Assembly (NCBI GenBank): GCA_002633005.1
Contig: NMRA01000021.1
Coordinates: 273,998-337,997 of the forward strand
Origin: Phoronis australis
Taxonomy: Eukaryota; Animalia; Phoronida
Direction of reading: 5' to 3'
DNA length: 64,000 nucleotides
Shown: positions 13,013 through 28,000 of the stretch, one piece after another
Numbering within the stretch: position 1 is the first letter of the stretch
Layout: the number at the start of each line of letters is the position of its first letter
Made by a program: the position numbers and the translations under genes
Notes under the pieces: model-generated
The model's input: the letters and a program-made list of their open reading frames with translations, nothing else
What the model was told of the DNA's origin: nothing
Databases searched by the model: none

Positions 13013-16000
13013 GTAAGCCTTTTTGTGTACAGAGTGAAGTGTATATGCAATGGATTGTTCGAAAACGCCTTACAGCAAACAAAATATCCAATCACCAGAT
13101 GGGAGGAAAGGAAGACTTTCCCTGTACCCATCATTCTACATATGTGTACGAGAAATCGTTGAAAGGTCCATTGGTGTAGTTGAGGGAATGGTTGAATACA
13201 GTTCAGAATGTACTGATATATTTTTGTATTTCTTTGCTTGTCAAGCACACAACATGGCTGACAATTTTAGTTACAGTTTGTGAAACTTATTGGTCAATGT
13301 AGTTTGTACTGAAATGCAAACCTTTAATTTCTGCGACCAAGGGCATTTTTGTCTTGCATCCCAAAGGGGGCTTGAATCCCTTAATCCCTCACAAAACAAC
13401 ACACTTGGTATGTCTCTTTTTTCAGAATTGCAGTCGCACTTTTTAAAATCAAAAATTGACTATTTTATCAAATCTTTTTAAGCAAAATGAATATCTCGAG
13501 AATTGTCGTACCAAATTTTTTTTAAACCAACAAGGACTTGCAGTGATAGATAGGTGAAGCCAAAATCGCCCATTTCGACTTAGAATATATCGAATTTTCG
13601 ACTGCAAATCGAGCAGTTGAAGCAATCAATGAATGGCTTATACTATAATTATATAAAATTGGGAGCGCTAAATCACTATATTGTAAAGGCTTTCATACAG
13701 AAATGATGGTGTGTAAAAGGTGACTCAATACGTGGCTTTAAACATTAACTCGTGATGATTTTTTGGTTTTGTTATATGTTAAAATTGTTTAGCAATGCGC
13801 TTATTCATATCAAGTGTGACTGTTTGTAAAATACAGATGTCAGGATTGGGCATCATTAAGAGATTAAGCTGGATTTCTAATGATGGGAAATAGTCGTATC
13901 TGACCGTCTTGGTTCACTCCAAAACTTTAACATGGGGATACCCTGTAAATTGTCTGCACGCTTCATACATGAGTCTTAATCACTCTAAAATTGGCAGAAA
14001 TTTGAAATAATAACAATGTGTTGCCAGTCATTGTCCATTAAATCTTTAACTTTCCACCTTGTTGCAGCGAGTCGTCCATTTTTGTTTCCTGTAGATTTTG
14101 CTAATGGTCCTGTAACCTGTATAAGTAAACCAGATAATAGCACAGACATATAGGGAGTCCACCATGTTATCTCTCTGGCCTTGGACATGTATGTTGGCTT
14201 CACCTGGAGCTGATTGATTTTCTAAATGGATAGAAATTGTTGGACATACCCTTGCTTTGGAACCAGACTGGATTCATTGCATTGGACAAATTAAGTCATG
14301 GGCCATGATTTATTGTTCAGGTTAAGACTGGTGTCATTGTTCCTGGTTCAATTTCCTCTACTACAAAGGATTTGCTTGACCTGTTTAATTTCTTCTTTTT
14401 ATCTCAATGCATTGAAATTAATATTTAGAATCAAAGTGGTAAAAAATAGACCTTTCAAATTGTTGGAAAATACTACGGGATTCCAGGAGAGGACGTCACC
14501 ATTTCCTGCCAATCGGTACAATCTGCCATTTTTGCAGGAAAGCTTTTAATCCCCGTGTCATATCTCAAGAGATTATTTGTGGGAATTGTGGAAAAAATCT
14601 GCTACTGAATTTTTCCAGTTCTATCTGACAAAGTAACCTTTTCAGATATACGTGTTTGCCAATAGACTTTATTGAGAGGGTCAAAATACTCCTAGGACTG
14701 ACATCATGAAGTTTGCAATAGTTGTGAGTTTAGGCCTTGTCAAACAGATTTTTTTTTCAATCAGAACTCGTTTTCCTTGTTTGAAATATCTAAATCAGAA
14801 CCAGTTAGCAGTTGTTTCAACAGGCAATTCCTTTGTTGGTAGGTTGGTTTATATGTTTTAAATCAAGAATTTGAAAACTCCTCTTTTGAATGTTCACCAC
14901 ATGGTGACCATCATCACCACTAAGAATGTTAAAATCACTGTCCACTTTGACCTACGACCTTCAGCCTTACATTGGGGGTGATTACATAATTCAGTGCCTC
15001 TCATAATCACATCACAGTCTTGAGGTTTTTCACAAACTGTGATACACATTTGGTGGAATGGTGAAATTAGCAGAACCCTGTCTGGCTGTGGTCTGTCTGC
15101 CCTGGCAATTTGTCAACTTTCCTATAAGGTTCGCTTGGTTTAGGATAGGGTTTATGAAGCCCATATTTTCTATTTCTACACAGAATAATTGGTCTAATGT
15201 TAGAGATTTTAGTTATTTTTATTGAACCAATACAGAATATTAGAATTACATTTCCGTGCTAGTTCTAAATAAAGTGATTTCGATGACATCAAGTTTTCTT
15301 GCTGATGCTTGTTTTCGCACTCTTTCCCTACTTGGCAAGCAAAATAAGATGTCAATGTACTGGACTTTGCTGGTCTCTTAGCAACTACTGGCATTTAGAC
15401 CTTCACTGGCTCCACAATTTATTTTTATTGAACCTGGTTGCTAGTAATAGAATATGAAGTGAGGGTTTCCAACTTTCTTTTTTGGAGCTCTTCAAAAAGA
15501 GTCGAAGAATGGAGATTTATGGCAGATATTTTCATCCAAAATTGTCAAGATTTTACCGTATTATTTCGGCTCTGTGTAGTCCATGCTCTTTGTCTGCCTA
15601 CTGACAGTCCAGGTGAATCCAAGTACAATACTTCTTGGCACCAAGTGTGATACCCACTCAATCCTCTTATAATTAGCGGATGGTGTATGTCCTCAAACTT
15701 CCAATAAAGATCATACCTAAATGCCTGTGAAAAGCTGACTGTGTATACAAAAAGAAGATCTGACGAAGATCCTGAAATACTAACCTCTTTGGCATAATGT
15801 TGAATTCCTCACAGCTATATATATTTTCATGTGTGTATATCGTGGTTGTCAAGGCCTCTTTATTTAAGCAGGAGGGCCATTTTTTGTGGGAATGGGTGAT
15901 GATCGGTTTTGGAATTTCAAAGTTTAGCGAGACTGAAATTATGACAATGAAAAATGACAGTCTTGGTCATTCCTTTTTGTGCGACACGCGTAGAGTTACT

Positions 16001-19000
16001 GTAAACGCCGATATGTTTATGTGTATGTGGACTGTTTCATAATTTCACATTCTCGTTACATTGCAGCTTGTAGTTTAAAATTCAACGTATCCTTTTGCTT
16101 GGCTTTGCTGGTTGGACACGGTTTTCTGTCCCGCACTCTTCTCGTTATCACTAATAATTAGGTCTGTCTCGTTCTGTTAAACTTGAGACCTGAAAACTGC
16201 CTAGCAATGGTTAACTATCCGTCTACCGTGAAGATTCTGTGGCTAAAAAGACCTATATAGATTTCAAGTGATGTACCTAGCCTGGCGTCTGTATTTTTCT
16301 GCTTCACTTAGTTTGCTAAAAAGGTTAAACAGTAACTCTTTAATAATGATAGTTTCCACGTCGTAACATTAGTAACATTCCCCCAACACCTGTTCAGACT
16401 GCCATACAAAACTAATTGTTGCTACCTGACCTCGCATTTTCAATTTAGAGATAATGCTTGTACTTTTTTCCTTCGTTTTCATTTTTAGTACACTGTATGT
16501 ATTCTGTTTTTGAAATTGGTTGTTCCTTCTGAACTGTTTTTGGCAATGTTTTATGCCAGACTTGTTTCTGAAGTATCAAATCATTTTTCACTGCTATAAT
16601 ATTTTTAAAGGTTGTTGAGCATTAAAAGTTATGACTACTCGAAGGACACAACAAAATTATGTCTAGAGTAAATTGTGAAATATTATTGTAATTTTTGCTA
16701 TAATTTTAATGCTGACCTTGTTTGTTACTTTTAATATGGATTGAGTATAATACAGATGTATTAATGTGTGAATTTTTATGTAGAACTACATTTGTCAAGT
16801 TGTAAATCGTTGATGACATGTGAAAAATTATGACTCTTAATGCCATAAAGAAATAAAATTGACGTTAACTACAGTTATATTGTTCATTTTACAGTCAATA
16901 GTTCAGAAATTACTTGTTTAGAGATACAAGTCTCACTCCTTCCAAGGATTAAAAAATGTTATAAAAGTCAAGCTTTCAGCACAAAAATGTTGATTGCATC
17001 CGATAGCGCATTAATTTCAACATTCTTGAAAATGGCGACTGGCTTTTAAGAGCTTTGCACTGATAAAGAGAGTCAGTGTCCAACGAGACCTTGTCGTATT
17101 TGGAGTCGACTGTGGTTGTATTTGCTCAAGATAAATTTGTAATCTAAACTCCATGTAGAAGGACCATAAAAAATTTGTAAATCGCCTAGTCCAAAGTTTG
17201 TTCACATGAACAAGTACCATTAAACCAATGCCTGTAGTCCGGTAGATTTTGTTGTTTTTTCACCTTTGCGACTTGTCGCCAAATTGCCCTCTGTTTGCAA
17301 CAATGTTATGCTATTGATAGGCTAGTCACCAGAGAAGTTATGTAGGACCTTGTCGTGGAGTCTGTACATTTAGCCAAATAAACACACGAAACTATAGAAT
17401 TTATCTCAATTAAAGTATATATTTTCTGACCGTAAATTCTGTAGAATTTGATTTTTGACTTTACACCAATCTACCACTAATTACGTCACGTGACCTTTCT
17501 TTTTCATGAAAATTTAGCAAAAAAGTACGTTCATGATAGCAAAACAACAGAATCAATAACATGACAACAGGATCAATAAGATGACAAAGTATTGTATGCT
17601 GTAAGTGTTCAAGATAAAATGTAAAAACCGTGATATAGTTTTCTAAATTACTGCTTCGTTTTCGTTTTGTGCAACTTATGAAATTTTCGTTAAAAATGGT
17701 ACAAGTCCTAGTTTTTGATAGCCTCTCGTGAAAAATTGGAACATTTTAAAATAATATCTGAAAGTAAATCCGATCAGCCATTTCTGAGGTACGATGTTCC
17801 GAAGTTTGCCAAAATTTTTAATTTTCTAAAGTCCTCCATAACCTTGGCACAATTTCATGTACTATTTTTGTGTTCTAGGAATTAATTTGGTGATTCTTTT
17901 TTAAGGATTTGTGAAGTTCATTGAAGAAATGCGTCCAAAGTAGAATATGTTTTATACCAATAGTGGCAGCGGGATGCTAGTTTATTTGTCCTATTTTCTC
18001 TTATCAACAAGTTATAGAAAATTATAGCAGCAACTGTATGACATTTGATGTTCAAGTACTTCAGTGTATTACGATTAGTTCATGTTGATTACACCAATAT
18101 GCCTCACCATATTTTTAGGAACTTTATTATGAAGTAAATCGGGGCAAAATTTTTTTAACTGTCTACATTGTTTATTCTACAAGCTTCTGTCCCGAATCAC
18201 TTTCTAAAAGTAGGCACATGGAACTCACCAGCTCCTTTGGTGACCTGGGTTTCACATTTTCACAAATATTGACTGAAGGGATTTCACACTGCTCAGTCTG
18301 ATTTACACTGGATGCTCAGCGCAGCCAGCCTGTAGACATCCCAGCATGCGTTTACATATCCAGCTGGTTCTCTATCACCTCACTGAATATCACTTAAATG
18401 TTGTCTAGCCATGGATTACGAGGTGTTTGGGTGTTGGCAAGTTGTAAACACTGTCAGCAAATCTGGATGGGAAAAGGCCCAAAGACTTGCTTGGTACACC
18501 AACCTTTTCAGAGTTAGTGGTATGAGAACTGCTGTGCTTGTCCAGGATTTTTCAAGACAAGTGTTTAGAAACTTGAATTACTTATATGACTGACCTCAAT
18601 TTTTCGTGGGATATTTTTACATTGAAATCTTGATTTTATTAATTATGAAACTATATATAAGATTTTATTATTCTTCTGGAGGTGCTTTAGATTTTTGTGT
18701 GTCTGTATTTTGTTTAAGATCTGTTTCAGATTTACCTGTTTACAAAATTTGGAATACTAAAAATAGCATTTTCAACTGTATTTGAAACATAGTATCATTT
18801 CAGTAATTCCTATGTTGGTTAAGCTTATTTCATAGTCCTGAAAAAGTGTAGTAGTTTTTGCTACCTCATATTCTGTTTTGTCTTCTAAAATGTCAAAATA
18901 CTAAGGTTACGTTATAAAAGTATTCCTACTGAGTGGAACCAAAATATATCTGTAGCAAAGCCAATCAATTTTTATGTTTACTAAATATCAAAAATGTTAT

Positions 19001-22000
19001 GTCCTTTAAGGGTTGTTCCTAGGTGAACATCCCATAATATGTACTCATTTAGATAAGTGCTCTTGGATGGCATTCATTTTGCACAGGCCAGAATTAGTTC
19101 TATTTTCTAGTTGTAGCCGTGATATATTTCTCCTGAATGCACTCTTTTGATTTTAGTTATACCATCTTTATGATTTGAAAACACAAGATAACCAATTAAT
19201 TAATTAATTGTGTAACTACTGGTTTTATATATTTTCAATAAATGTTAAATTATGATTATTCTAAACACCATCACTTAAAAGTACAATAATTTCATTCTCA
19301 ACACTCTCACTTAACATACAATTTCATGTTAGAAAATTTACCGCCTGCATTTTCCATTTTTCCCGTGCACGAACGTTGCTTCGCATCATACCCCGCCCTC
19401 ATCTTATAAAATTTTGAATAAATTAAACTCCGTAGCACGTCACCGATAACTCATAACAAAGAGTCCCCGCTGTGAAAAATGACAACGCCAGGAGATGTCA
19501 CATTATGGTGTGTGAATGATGGGTTGTCTACTTAGAATGCATAGTTCTAAATATGGTTCATTACAAAATGTGTCCGAGGCTTTTGTGTAAGGACTGATTA
19601 GCATTGGACGGTCATTTTTCATGAAATTATAAACTACTTTTCTCCTGGACTGGCAATTTGTTTGAAGCATTTACCACAATGGTAGAAAATGTACCTCCTG
19701 TGCTAGTATTTTGATCTGCTGAAATTGAAAAATGAGCGAAAGGTTGTTTGGTTGTTATAACTATGGAGTTAACCGTGTATTGAAAGAAAAGAGTGAAAAT
19801 AACTTCTTAAAAATTCTTGTTTTTGGTATCTTTCATTATTTTGTTGAAATCGATATTTTATGTTAAAGTTATAAAAGCTTTTTATGAACATAAACTCAAT
19901 ATTCCCATAAACATCTTACAGTTTTTTATTGATAAATGCCAATTTCCTCCAACCAAAATGAAACTGGCTCTTGATGACTTAAAAGGACCCGAGAAAAATA
20001 TATGTACATTATAGCTTTCTTAGTGAATAAATTATGCTGATTAAATTCCTAAAATACTAAATAAACGATAGCTGTCTGCTGTTAATGTGGCCAACTTTTC
20101 TGCCCCAGTAAATTTTATTGTGCTGACGAGTTTCTGATGGCGTGTTATTTAACAATAGAATATTCACACAAAACATCTTGTCCTACAGGACCAAAGGAAT
20201 TTTGTTAGTTAATGAGGCAATCACTATCGTATATGGCATATCCAGTTAATGTGCCTATCTTTAGTCTATGTATTCATGGATGGTAGCCTATAAAAAGGTA
20301 TCAAAGTCGTCGAGCGTAACCTTGTTTTAACATGCCTTCGTACTAGTGCCTCTCCGATGACCTAGTAATGTCGAATTTTATCATTTTTTGTCGCAACTTA
20401 TGATAGGACAAAATTGATAATAATTTCCTCGTTGTCATACTATAGGTGGCAGTGCCCATATATTCACCTTTTCATCAATTCCACTCTAGTGCCACGTGGT
20501 AATATATTCCAATATATTCGTGGTCTAACATATGTATGACCTTGTCCAATATTGGTGGAGTCTCAAGACCCAATATTTATGATGTAGGTGTCGCGCCAGT
20601 TTTCTTTCTTGACACTCAAAATGCTTTTGAAAACTAGATCAGATATAGTTAAATACTGAGCCCCACTTTTTGCTTGGGTTGATGATCTCACATCCACTTT
20701 TTAATATGTGATGGATAAGTCGAGGTAAAATCTTTGACAGTTACTACAAGCATCATTAGAAATAGTTAATGATTAACCCGTCTACTAGTGGCCATCAATG
20801 ACATGATAGGAAATCGGGCACACAACTCACTGTTTATTCTACGTTTCACGGCTTCTGGTTCAGTCACCCAACCATGTCCGTGAGATCGAACGTGGAGGAT
20901 GTTTTTTGAGTTGCACAAATTATTTGAGAGGTTAATGAGTTCTTGGAAGTTGGGCAAGGCCATGATTTATTTTTCCAACAATTGCAAAATTTACATTTGA
21001 TTTCACATGACTTATTTCTACATCTCTGTCACTACTTGTTAAGCCTGTGACAAATTTTCTGTAACATAAGTACTGTTGAAGATAACACTGACTTCTGCCT
21101 TCCTTAGGGAGTCAAAGTCCTCGTGTAATTTTGAGAAAACACTCTCTTGTGTTAGAACATGGTGTAATGACTTACCTGTATTCAGCATTTATTAAAACAA
21201 GACATTTAATTGTGTTAAATTTCTTGTTAAACCTTTTTTCTCTCTTATCCTATGTTCTACTTGACCCTAGATATCTAAAATGAATATTTAGTGAAGTATG
21301 TGAAGATTATTTGAGGTTGTCTGCATCGTGTTTTCTTTTTCATTTTGTAAAAGTGATTAACGACTAAGCCTCCAAAGAAATCTTCCTTAAATTGTGCTGG
21401 GGCTAAGCAAACTCGGGAAAAGTCAGTCCTCAGGGAGTATCGATGCTTGTTACTACTGTTCTATCATTTCTAACATGGAAGTGAATGTTAGTCACTGTCA
21501 GGGTCGACACTGCTAAATAGATTTACTGTCGTGAATTAAGACAATACTGTCACAGGACTGTCACGGCTAATAATGGACGTCATGCATTTTACAAATGTTG
21601 CCGGGTCTCGTTTTTTGCGAAAATGTTAATAGAATTACGGCAGCGAGTGTAATAGGATTACTTTTCAATGATACGTGGCTAGAGACTGTTACTTGTCCAG
21701 TAGGATGAGTTTGTGGTGGAGACCAAAAAATTTTGCAAATCTGAAATGAGACTTAAAGCAGCGAGAAATTTGTTTTTATATCATTTTTTATTTCATGTGA
21801 CACAGGGTTGCAATTAACTGAATATATTCTTAATTTTGTTTTGCCACATTATTTGTTTTTCTCATGCAATAAAATGGAACACTTGCATGCCGCGTATAAA
21901 ATGCAACAATTATTGAGAAATCAGAAAGGATTATTTTATCGGATTTGTTGAATTTCAAGAACACAATATTGGAAATTGGAATGATGTAATCCATCTAGAA

Positions 22001-25000
22001 ATTTGTACAAGCACAGTGTGATTTTCAGTCCGGTGTCTACCTGATAAGGTGCTGAAGTCTTGTAGGAGAACCACAGCCAATTAAATTGTTGGCCAATTTT
22101 TGCTACAAAGCATGGCGAGATAAAGACAGGGCGATAAGTTTAAAAAAATATGGAGTGCTTCTATTTTATTGCCCTCAGCATGCATTACCTGGTAACTGAA
22201 AGAATCGCCGAGATAAATTCCGAGTAACCGACTAGTGCTGTTCTAAGGGAGTCGGTGATTTTAAAAAGTAAGCTTAGACTGTTTATCTCGGCAGAATTTG
22301 TGTTATCAAATGCTGAATTGGTCTGTGTTTGAACATGGAATTTGCAGATTTTCCCTATCTGAGGTCGAAGAGCTAGCCGGCGGTTTGTATTGAGATTTGC
22401 TGAGCCTATGTCATTACTTTGCTCTGGGGCGGCATTATGCACAACGAAACCTTCGCCTGTAAGGTTCACCTGGTGTGTTTACCTGTAAACGATGAATGAT
22501 GGACAGGTGGAATCTACCTGGAATCTTTGGAAACAACCTTGTCTTGGAAATTGCTAGATGGTTTTATTATGTCGAAGTTCTTCTCAAGACTGTTGTAGTA
22601 TAATAGATTCGTGACTTGAAATAGCTAATTTTGGCACCATGAGGGTGGTCTAATTAAAGTTATTTAAACCTCAGAAACTTTCTTGATGTTACAATGACAC
22701 TTCAAACTGCAATACATTTCATTTGGAAATGGAGCCATTAATAAAGCAGATGTTTTTAAGTTGACAGTCTCTCAACTCAGAATCTTGGCAATCAAAGTGA
22801 ACTCCCTTGTTCACAATCGAATTTTTTTATTTTCGTGTTGTCACCATGGGCAGATTATTCAACTTTTACTAGTTCACTGGAAAAACTTGCTGAAACTGTA
22901 AGCCCTGCTTTACAACTGCACACTGGTTTCTATCATTTATCACCTAGGTGTGTTACCATGGTTACCAAATGTCAAAATGCACCTTTTAGAAAGTTGATGT
23001 GAACATTATGATATGTGACACTGGTCAACTGTCCTATGTGATTAGCATGTGGAATTTATGATGGCTTACCACTGTTGTCACTAGTTACCTTATATTGGGT
23101 CAGAGGGGGGGACAAAGGGTATGTTTACAAAAATGATTATTTTATTTCATTTTTATTTACACATAGTGTTGTTTATGCTGCATTGTTTGAGGCTTGTTTA
23201 TTTGGATTTATTTTTTGTGTTATTACTATATGTCTGAATTAGGAAAATAAACGAGTGTTGCAGCAGGAGTGGGGAACTGGAAAGTTATCTCCCCTGTATA
23301 ATGGTATGAGCATTGAAGACTCCGGATAAAACAGTCGACTTTTCTCCCTATTTTTTGCTTTTACATAAAAATGCCAAAAGTGCATCCCATTACAATATTG
23401 TTAAACTTCATGTACTTATATTGTGGCATTTTATTGTTGAATTTGATGGCTACTGTTAGTGTTTTTTCTGCCTGGTCCTGTCCTTAGACTAGCTTTAGGT
23501 TATTTATACCATTGATATTTTTACAGCGGTTTGTTTTAGCGCTCTCAGCCAGGTGTCATTAGGGTGTCTGGACATTTTAATTCGGGGCGTCACTTCTCAT
23601 TGATCCCCTACTGGGCATTTACAGGGCTTGGGTTTAATCGTGAAATCAAACCTTGGCCAACTGCAAAATTATAGTGTTTTTGTTACACTTTTGTTCACTG
23701 TTGGTAATTGAATGTTTTTGTTAGAAGTTTTATTAAGTTATCCTGTTACGTTGACAGCGTGCCTTTTCACAAACTCTTCAATGCTTATTCTTTTGGTTGC
23801 CTGGATGTTGATGGTACTGTTAGACTGGAACCTGATTTCTTGGTGGATTATTACTTTTTTGAGTTGTACAGAGTTTTATAATATTCAATATCTCATGACA
23901 TTGAACTGAACTTGGGTCTTATTTTGTTCTTTTGACTTAGTCTTTCCAGCACAAATGCTACGATTGAGTAATAACCACCTCTGTGCTTCTCCATCTAGCA
24001 GCTGTCTTTTTAGCTCATTTGTTTTTCTGCTGAGCAAATAAAACTTAATTGGACTGTTGTCTGTGTGGGTCTCGTTTCCGTCATTTTTATGAAGTTGTGA
24101 GGATGAGGTATCAAAGGTTCATTTTTCTAGAAAGTTGGGTATTCAGTGATTTGCTCATTCTACGTAAGCCTATTTATGGTTTTAGGCCTGTATGACATGG
24201 AGTTTAATAGGGTTACACTGTCATTATTGTGAAGTGTTTTTGTTGTATGTCCCTTATGAAGTTATTTGTCTACTTATAAAATTCAGCATTTGAACTTTGT
24301 TGTGGTTTTTGGACAATTTTGGTGTAGTTAAATGAAGCAAAGCAAAGGAAGGGTAATGGGTTGTACACAGATGTTTTCTTGGCAATTAAATGTTTTTTCC
24401 AACCGTAAACAAACAACTTGCTATTTCTGTTAATCCAAGTTATGGAGGATTGAAAGTGACAGTAGACATATTAAGATCAGCATTTAATAAAGTTCACCAT
24501 TTTTCGTGTAATAATTTTTTGTTCCACACACAAAAAGTGAATCTAAATGTCTTTGAAAAAATTATCAGAAAAGTCATTTGTGATTTGTCGTTATGGTAAC
24601 TCTGAGGGTAATCATTGATGTCCTGTTGTATTAAAATCTTCTTGCTTCAATTCCCTCCCCAAGAGGAGTGGTGTGTGGCATTTGATTAATTCCAAGTGTG
24701 AAAAAACTAATTTCACATGATTTATTTCTGGTGTCCTATTCAGCGGATAACTCCGTGGTAATGTTGATTGATAACCTCAACCTACATGATGGGAATTTGT
24801 TCCAGCCTGGCTTTTTACGGTCAAAATCCTAACAGGATTGTCATGGTTCTGATCTACACTCACAGTGTTACTTAGACAATCCAAGCTTTTTTTCAATTGA
24901 TTGATGTATCCAACCATTACATGCACAGTGTATTTGAAACAAGTCCTTGTTTCATAATTTAGTAATATCAACCAATGTAAAATTTGCTGATTATCGACAT

Positions 25001-28000
25001 GATTTAAGGGGGCTTAAGTGAATTGGGGATTTATGACACGCCATGTTCTACCGTAGTGTAAAATTATTGGTGACCCAGGGTCTTAATTTATGAATGTAAT
25101 TAGTTACATCTTCCACAACATCTATTCACAACTCTGCTTAACATGTTAAAACTTGAATCATATTGTTCATCTGTGATTTAACTGTCAATTTTGACACTTT
25201 TTGAGTTGCACCAATTGCCACTTTTTTTAATTAGGTTCTTTTTATTTTTACTGGGGGTAGGTTTAAAGTTGAGCAGGACCTCATCAACTTTTTGCTGTAT
25301 TTAGCTAAATACATAAAAAATATAGTCTTACTCATTTAAAGTATTATATTTTCTGAAAGTAAGAAAGCCTGTAGAATTTAATTGTGACTTTATACCAATC
25401 TGCTATTAATTGGTTCTGTTGTGACCTTGTCTTTTCAGTAAACCTTAGCAAAAAAGAAATATACGTCCATAGCAACACAATGATATCGATAACATGGCGG
25501 CCAATTTTGTTCGATCATAATGTCCAGGTGAAATCTCAAAAATGCTGTGACAGTTTTGTAAAGTGTCATCTTGTTTTTGTTTTGTTCAAATTTTTAAAAT
25601 GATAATAGAAGTCCTATTTTTGGTAGCCCCTCATGCAATAGTCAGAATTTTAAAACAATTCCTAATAGCCTGATAGAAGCCGTTGTTTATCCACTGAAAT
25701 CCATAGGCAGGTGAGGGAAAGGGATGATATGCTGTGTGACCTCTAGGTGGTGACTGTGTTTGGTAGATTCCCTGGTGATAAATGGTTTTTGGCAGTGTGG
25801 TCATGGAATTGAGTCTTTCTTGTCCAGCTGTATGGCTACAACATTTTTGTCTATACTTACAAGTTGTCATTCATTACAAGTGCTATTTCCGCTTGGAAAA
25901 TAAGAGAAAAAAGTGTTAATGGTGTCGTTAGTAAAATGCGCATAACGTGTTTTAGCGTTAATTAGAACAGGATGCTCGGAATCTTTTGCACGATGCAATG
26001 AAGTATGGAGATTTTGTTATACACGCTGTCATTAAAGCAAACATTGCCAGGAACTGCATCTAGTCATTAAGCTGTGTTAACGAGATAAAAATGATGTCTT
26101 CAAATTATTTCTCACTCCAGGGAAATGGTGGGGATAAACGGCTTTTTTCACAGCTCAAACCAAGAATGATTGATAAGTCTGTAGTGGGTTAGTGGAGTGA
26201 AAATACCACACAAATATAGTCTTCATTTCTGACACTGCCGCCCAGGCATCAGTGCATAGGTGTGTCCTCTGAAACCATCTCGTTGGTTGCCTGTCATTCT
26301 GAAAATTGCATTTCTGTAGTCTTTAATCATTGGTGACCCTACTGCTGTGTTCTCTCTTGGAAGAAGTGCTTGTAGAAAGCGGAACAAAAAATTGTGTAGC
26401 GGGAAAAAAACGGGCCAGGTTGGGTCCCATGTTGTAGACATAAATGTCACTTGTAGTCACCAGGGTGTGTCTTATCGTAGATCTGGCCCCCTGAAACTTG
26501 GGTGATAATTGATTTAAGCTAGTCTTTGAAGGAAGCTAATGCATCAGGTGACCTGAATTTTCAAGTCACTGGAGGTTTGGATTTTCATTTTGTTTTGTGA
26601 TTAGTTTTGGCGCCACCTATTAGGAAAATTGGTAATTTTTCCACAAAAAGTTTAAAGTGTTGACTGTTAAAAGTTCCTTGATTTCTTTGGTTCTATATAT
26701 AGTGACACATGATTTGAATGCAAATAGCATTGTCATAACATTAGTCACTGATGTATAAGTGTTTTAATACAAATAATTTGTCTACTCAGTTTTGTCTATC
26801 GTACTAACTGACATCTGTCATCTTTTGTAATTGCTATTAAATTCAAATTTTGAAAGTTCTATGTCCAGTTTATCAGAGGTTGCCCAGAAAATGTAGTTAA
26901 TGTTCATCGTTATTCAATTTGTGGTGTCGTCAGTTTCAGGCGTTATTTAATGTCGTTGGCACGAGATTGTTTTGCGAAGTGTTATATTTTGTTGCATATG
27001 ATGAATGCATAGTTGTTTCTCTTTGTCAGAGCTCAATATGGCAGCTTTATGCCTTCTATATTGTTTACTTAAGGTGTTTAAGGCACAGTACTAAAGGAGT
27101 GCCATTTTGTTTGTAGATTTGAAAAAAGATTTTGATTTCCTTTCACGAGTGCTTTGTTATGATGTGCAGTGATTTTTGCATTAACCCAATTTTCAGTTAG
27201 GAGGAGTGTCTTACTCTGAACTGACAGATAAATCATCTAAAATGGATTGGTACTCAAAAGTTGTACTTGGTTTCCAAAGTTAAATTTTTGGTCAGTACAA
27301 AAGTTCTTGTGGTTTCTGAAACTTTAAGTGTTAAGCTTTGTGCATCCATTCAAAGACGACAATTTATTGGTTGGCAAATAGAGGTGAAAGTATTTTCTGT
27401 ACCTGAGATATGGGTGATTTAGCAGTATCTGCCTACATTTATAATTGAATTAAATTTGACACTACTTGTAGCTGGTTGACTGAGTATAATTAGAAGGTGT
27501 AACAAATGTGGATTTCTCAGGTACACATCAGCCATTGAAGTGATGATGTGGGTTAATTCAAACTGACATTTATTTTTCATTATATGTCAAAGAGGGTTGC
27601 TAAATTCCACCATCGTGAGTTATGTTTTAAACAGAATTTCCTGTCTTTGGCAACCGATGTGAAATATTATCCTGATGGATTTTGAAGATGGATATATCTG
27701 TGGGCATTTGGAAGGGAGGGTTAAAACTAGTTCATTCCATCAAAGTTTCTGTACAGAATAACTTTTATAGTGTTTTTTAAAATGACGTGAAGATTTTCAT
27801 TCTGGGAATGATAGAATTCAGTGCCTCTGCTTTTGTCCAAAAACGTGTGTGGACAAAGCATGATATCGTGATTTTTGTTGACATAAGAAATATGTGATTG
27901 TCTCTAGCCTCTTCAACAAACTGTGAGAGTGATAGATTACATGTTATCCTCTCACTAAACACTCCCTTGTCATTTGCTATCATGCTTCTTCTGCTGTCAC

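Noticed and set aside
19193-19210. Perfect palindrome CAATTAATTAATTAATTG (and ACTAGTAAA-g-TTTACTAGT at 6853-6871)
   Set aside because: Low-complexity short palindromes are expected in AT-rich DNA.
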